NCBI GenBank assembly: GCA_030529985.1 | Contig: JAUMVV010000001.1 | Location: 17,333 to 81,332, forward strand | Reading direction: 5' to 3' | Origin: Bacillota bacterium | GTDB lineage: Bacteria; Bacillota; Clostridia; Peptostreptococcales; Anaerovoracaceae | Length of the DNA stretch: 64,000 nt | Shown here: one piece after another, positions 60,560 through 64,000 of the stretch | How positions within the stretch are numbered: position 1 is the stretch's first letter | Layout of the letters: every line of letters begins with the position of its first letter | Program-made: the position numbers and the translations under genes | The notes under the pieces: generated by a model | What the model was told of the DNA's origin: nothing | The model's input: the letters and a program-made list of their open reading frames with translations, nothing else | The model's database searches: none

Positions 60560-61289
60560 GATAAGGAGCAACACCCCGATAGCGGACAGCACATACGAGA
60601 TGATATTTGATGCACCCGCAGGACTTACGGGGAATTTCAGGCCGGGGCAGTTCATCAACATAAGGCTTGAAGGATTTTTTCTCAGAAGACCGATCTCGCT
60701 GTGCGACTGGACCGATGATACGATAAGCATAATATACAAGACAGTAGGAAAGGGAACCGAAGAGATGAGCCGTCTGGAGGCGGGGGCGGCACCGGAGGTA
60801 CTGCTGCCGCTGGGAAACGGCTACTGTTGTGACAGTGAAGAAATCGGCGAGAGACCGCTGCTTGCAGGGGGAGGAGCGGGAGTACCTCCCATGTATGCTC
60901 TCTGCAGGGAGCTTATCGCAGGGGGAGCCAGGCCGACAGTCCTGCTGGGATTCAGAACCGCCGGAGAGGTTTTTTATGTGAACCGCTTTGAAGAGATGGA
61001 GGCAGATCTGATAGTCACCACTGAGGACGGCAGCCGGGGAGAGAAAGGCTTCGTCACAGATGTGATGGGAGAGCTTGATTACAGCTCGGTCTTCGCCTGC
61101 GGACCCGAAGGGATGCTGAAGGCGGTGGATGAAGCGGCGGATAGAGACTGTCCGGGCTGGTTCAGCTTCGAGGAGAGAATGGGCTGCGGTTTCGGAGCCT
61201 GCATGGGTTGTTCCTGCCGGACGAAATACGGAGACAAGAGGATATGCAGAGAAGGACCGGTACTTTCAAGGAGGGAAATCATATGGTAG
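60540..61289 (+). CDS. pyrK: Dihydroorotate dehydrogenase electron transfer subunit
   Basis: LRRPIS, GGGAGVPP, CGP, MGCGFGACMGC...C. Confidence 0.92.
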   Translation: MIRTELKIRSNTPIADSTYEMIFDAPAGLTGNFRPGQFINIRLEGFFLRRPISLCDWTDDTISIIYKTVGKGTEEMSRLEAGAAPEVLLPLGNGYCCDSEEIGERPLLAGGGAGVPPMYALCRELIAGGARPTVLLGFRTAGEVFYVNRFEEMEADLIVTTEDGSRGEKGFVTDVMGELDYSSVFACGPEGMLKAVDEAADRDCPGWFSFEERMGCGFGACMGCSCRTKYGDKRICREGPVLSRREIIW

Positions 61290-62230
61290 ATAAGAGAGAA
61301 ATGCTGAAGGTAAAACTCTGCGGTGTAGAGATGGACAATCCGGTAATTCCCGCCAGCGGAACCTTCGGTTACGGCAGAGAATTTGCGGAGCTGTATGACA
61401 TAAACATACTGGGCAGCTTTTCCTTCAAGGGCACTACGGAACAGCCTCGCTTTGGCAACCCTACGCCGCGAATAGCCGAATGCAGAGAAGGGCTGATAAA
61501 CTCTGTAGGCCTTCAGAATCCGGGAGTGGAGAAGGTGATAGAGGAGGAGCTGCCCGCCATAGAGAAGATCTTCAAAAAACCTGTTATGGCTAATGTAAGC
61601 GGCTTCAGTTCAGAAGAATATGTGAGGGTTTCCGAAAGGCTGGCGGCTCAGGAGCAGGTGGGATGGATAGAGCTCAATATCTCCTGTCCCAATGTTCACG
61701 AAGGCGGAATGGCATTCGGAACGGATCCGAAGCAGGCTGCCGGGGTGGTGGGAGCGGTGCGAAAGGCACTGGACGCACAGAAGCCCTATGGAGGAAGCAA
61801 GCCCCTCATAGTGAAGCTTTCGCCAAATGTGAGGGATATAGGTGAGATTGCCTTCGCATGTGAAGCTGCGGGGGCAGAGGGACTGACTCTGATAAATACC
61901 CTGCAGGGGATGAGAATAGACCTGAAAAAGAAAAGACCTGTGATTGCCGAGAAAATCGGTGGCTTCTCCGGGCCGGCGATACTGCCGGTGGCACTGAGAA
62001 TGGTGTATCAAGCTTACGAGAGGGTGAAGATTCCTCTGGTAGGCTGCGGCGGAGTGAGGGAAGCAGAGGATGTGCTGGAGATGATGCTGGCGGGAGCGAC
62101 AGCAGTGCAGGTGGGTGCGGCAAATCTGGTGAATCCTTTTGCATGCAGGGAAATAATAGAAGCTCTGCCCGAAACGGCAGGAAAATATGGAATAAAGAAA
62201 CTGAGTGAGATAACAGGAGGCGCACACTGA
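61283..62230 (+). CDS. pyrD: Dihydroorotate dehydrogenase (family 1B)
   Basis: ASGTFG, GNPTPR, ELNISCPN, KLSPN, GGFSG. Confidence 0.95.
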   Translation: MVDKREMLKVKLCGVEMDNPVIPASGTFGYGREFAELYDINILGSFSFKGTTEQPRFGNPTPRIAECREGLINSVGLQNPGVEKVIEEELPAIEKIFKKPVMANVSGFSSEEYVRVSERLAAQEQVGWIELNISCPNVHEGGMAFGTDPKQAAGVVGAVRKALDAQKPYGGSKPLIVKLSPNVRDIGEIAFACEAAGAEGLTLINTLQGMRIDLKKKRPVIAEKIGGFSGPAILPVALRMVYQAYERVKIPLVGCGGVREAEDVLEMMLAGATAVQVGAANLVNPFACREIIEALPETAGKYGIKKLSEITGGAH

Positions 62231-62910
62231 TGGGAAAAGATGTAATAATAGCCTGCGATTTCCCGGGCATGGAGGAGACAATGACTTTTCTTGAGAAGCT
62301 GGGAGAGGAACGACCCTATCTGAAAATAGGCATGGAACTGTTCTATGCGGAGGGTCCGGGAATCGTGAAAAGGCTGAAGGGACGGGGGCACAGGATATTC
62401 CTGGATCTGAAGCTTCACGATATCCCCAATACAGTAGGCAGAGCCATGAAGGTGTTGGACGGACTGGGAGTGGACATGTGCAACGTACATGCCTCAGGAG
62501 GGGTGGCGATGATGGCGGCAGCGGCTGAGAATTTCAGCGGGACGCTGCTGGGAGTAACGCAGCTCACATCCACAACTGAAGAAGTAATGCAGAAGGAAAT
62601 ACTGATAGACAGACCGTTAAAGGATGTGGTAGCGGAATATGGCGGGAACTGCAGGAGAGCCGGGCTGGCGGGCGTTGTATGTTCACCGCTTGAAGCTCCG
62701 GTCATTCACGGGGAGTGCGGCGGGGATTTCCTGACGGTAACTCCGGGAATCAGGTTCGCGGGAGACGCGGCGGCGGACCAGAGGAGAGTAACAACTCCGT
62801 CTGTGGCACGGGAGCTGGGTTCGGATTATATAGTTGTGGGAAGAAGTATTACGGCAGCGGAGGATCCGCAGGCAGCATATATCAAGTGCAGAAAGGAGTT
62901 CATAGGATGA
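62230..62910 (+). CDS. pyrF: OMP decarboxylase
   Basis: DLKLHDIPNTV, TPGIR, DQRR, VVGRSI. Confidence 0.96.
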   Translation: MGKDVIIACDFPGMEETMTFLEKLGEERPYLKIGMELFYAEGPGIVKRLKGRGHRIFLDLKLHDIPNTVGRAMKVLDGLGVDMCNVHASGGVAMMAAAAENFSGTLLGVTQLTSTTEEVMQKEILIDRPLKDVVAEYGGNCRRAGLAGVVCSPLEAPVIHGECGGDFLTVTPGIRFAGDAAADQRRVTTPSVARELGSDYIVVGRSITAAEDPQAAYIKCRKEFIG

Positions 62911-63521
62911 AGAAAAAGGTAGCAGGACATCTGCTGGATATCGGGGCGGTATTTTTCAGACCGGAGGAGCCCTTCACATGGGCAAGCGGAATCAAAAGTC
63001 CCGTTTACTGTGACAACAGGCTGATACTTTCGGTGCCGAAGGTAAGAGATGAGGTGGAGGCCGCAATAGCGGAAACAGTTGCGAGAGAGTATCCGGAAGC
63101 GGAGGCTCTGTTCGGGACAAGTACGGCGGGGATCGCCCACGGGGCAATAGCAGGTCACCTCATGGGACTCCCTATGGGATATGTGAGAGGCTCAGATAAG
63201 GATCACGGCAGAAAAAACCGGATAGAAGGACGGCTTGAAAAGGGGCAGAAAGTGGTCGTTATCGAAGACCTGATCTCCACAGCAGGAAGCGTGGTGCAGA
63301 CGGTGGAGGCGCTGAGAGAGGCAGGTGCTGAGGTTTTGGGAATCGTAAGCATCTTCACCTACGGAATGGAGAAGGGTCTGAGACGGCTTGAAGAGGCAAA
63401 TGTCAGAAATGTGAGTCTGTCGGATTTCAATACGGCGGCGGAGATGGCTCTCGAAAGGGGGCTGGTGGATGAGGACGGTTACGGACAGCTAATGAAATTT
63501 ATTGAAGAAAAGGGGAGATAA
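62907..63521 (+). CDS. pyrE: Orotate phosphoribosyltransferase
   Basis: [26 protein letters not shown]; start ATG 62907. Confidence 0.94.
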   Translation: MKKKVAGHLLDIGAVFFRPEEPFTWASGIKSPVYCDNRLILSVPKVRDEVEAAIAETVAREYPEAEALFGTSTAGIAHGAIAGHLMGLPMGYVRGSDKDHGRKNRIEGRLEKGQKVVVIEDLISTAGSVVQTVEALREAGAEVLGIVSIFTYGMEKGLRRLEEANVRNVSLSDFNTAAEMALERGLVDEDGYGQLMKFIEEKGR

Positions 63522-63522
63522 C

Positions 63523-64000
63523 ATGAGACACTTGATAGACATAATGGATTTATCGGTTGAAGAAATCAGCGAGATGATAGCTGTGGCAAAGGATATTATC
63601 AGAAAGCCGCAGGATTACTGTGAGAAATGCAGAGGCAGGAAGCTGGCCACGCTTTTCTTCGAGCCATCCACCAGAACGCGGCTGAGCTTTGAAGCGGCAA
63701 TGTATGAACTGGGGGGAAATGTACTGGGATTCTCGGAGGCGCAGAGCTCTTCGGCGGCAAAAGGGGAAAGCGTGGCGGACACGATAAGAACGGTGGGAGC
63801 CTATGCGGACATCATAGCCATGAGGCACCCTAAGGAGGGCGCTCCCGTGGTTGCCTGCACCGGATCCACTGTACCTGTAATTAACGCGGGAGATGGCGGC
63901 CACAACCATCCTACCCAGACGCTCACAGATCTTCTGACTATAAGCAGAGAGAAGGGCAGGCTGGACAACATGACTGTGGGGCTTTGCGGTGACCTGAAAT
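63523..64000 (+). CDS. pyrB: Aspartate carbamoyltransferase (partial, runs off window end)
   Basis: Manually translated [11 protein letters not shown]...[13 protein letters not shown]...KGES...MRH...INAGDG...HPTQ. Confidence 0.94.
   Translation, partial: MRHLIDIMDLSVEEISEMIAVAKDIIRKPQDYCEKCRGRKLATLFFEPSTRTRLSFEAAMYELGGNVLGFSEAQSSSAAKGESVADTIRTVGAYADIIAMRHPKEGAPVVACTGSTVPVINAGDGGHNHPTQTLTDLLTISREKGRLDNMTVGLCGDLK

Overview
This is the replication-origin region of a Firmicute chromosome, probably Clostridia (inferred from gene order and content). Left of oriC (minus strand) lie dnaA-dnaN-recF-gyrB-gyrA-trpS, rpsF-ssb-rpsR and gdpP-rplI-dnaB-dnaD, plus a partial membrane-anchored cell-wall enzyme-like gene with a very long charged N-terminus. 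Right of oriC (plus strand) lie rpmH-rnpA-yidD-yidC-jag-mnmE-mnmG-rsmG-parA-parB with two parS sites, a truncated group IIC intron fragment, a folate-dependent hut operon, an AT-rich MqsR-like/MqsA-Panacea toxin-antitoxin islet, lysE/lysR/cofE-like/asnA/paaK, and a pur operon followed by a pyr operon running off the window end. The most notable observation is the pur operon leader: a complete guanine riboswitch (aptamer, antiterminator, terminator) followed by a complete ZMP/ZTP riboswitch with its own terminator, i.e. a predicted two-input RNA logic gate. Other oddities are a DnaD protein fused to the N-terminal half of a helicase loader with no ATPase domain, a PurF lacking the glutaminase active site, and a PurN-PurO fusion. 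All calls are by-eye motif recognition; no database searches were run.
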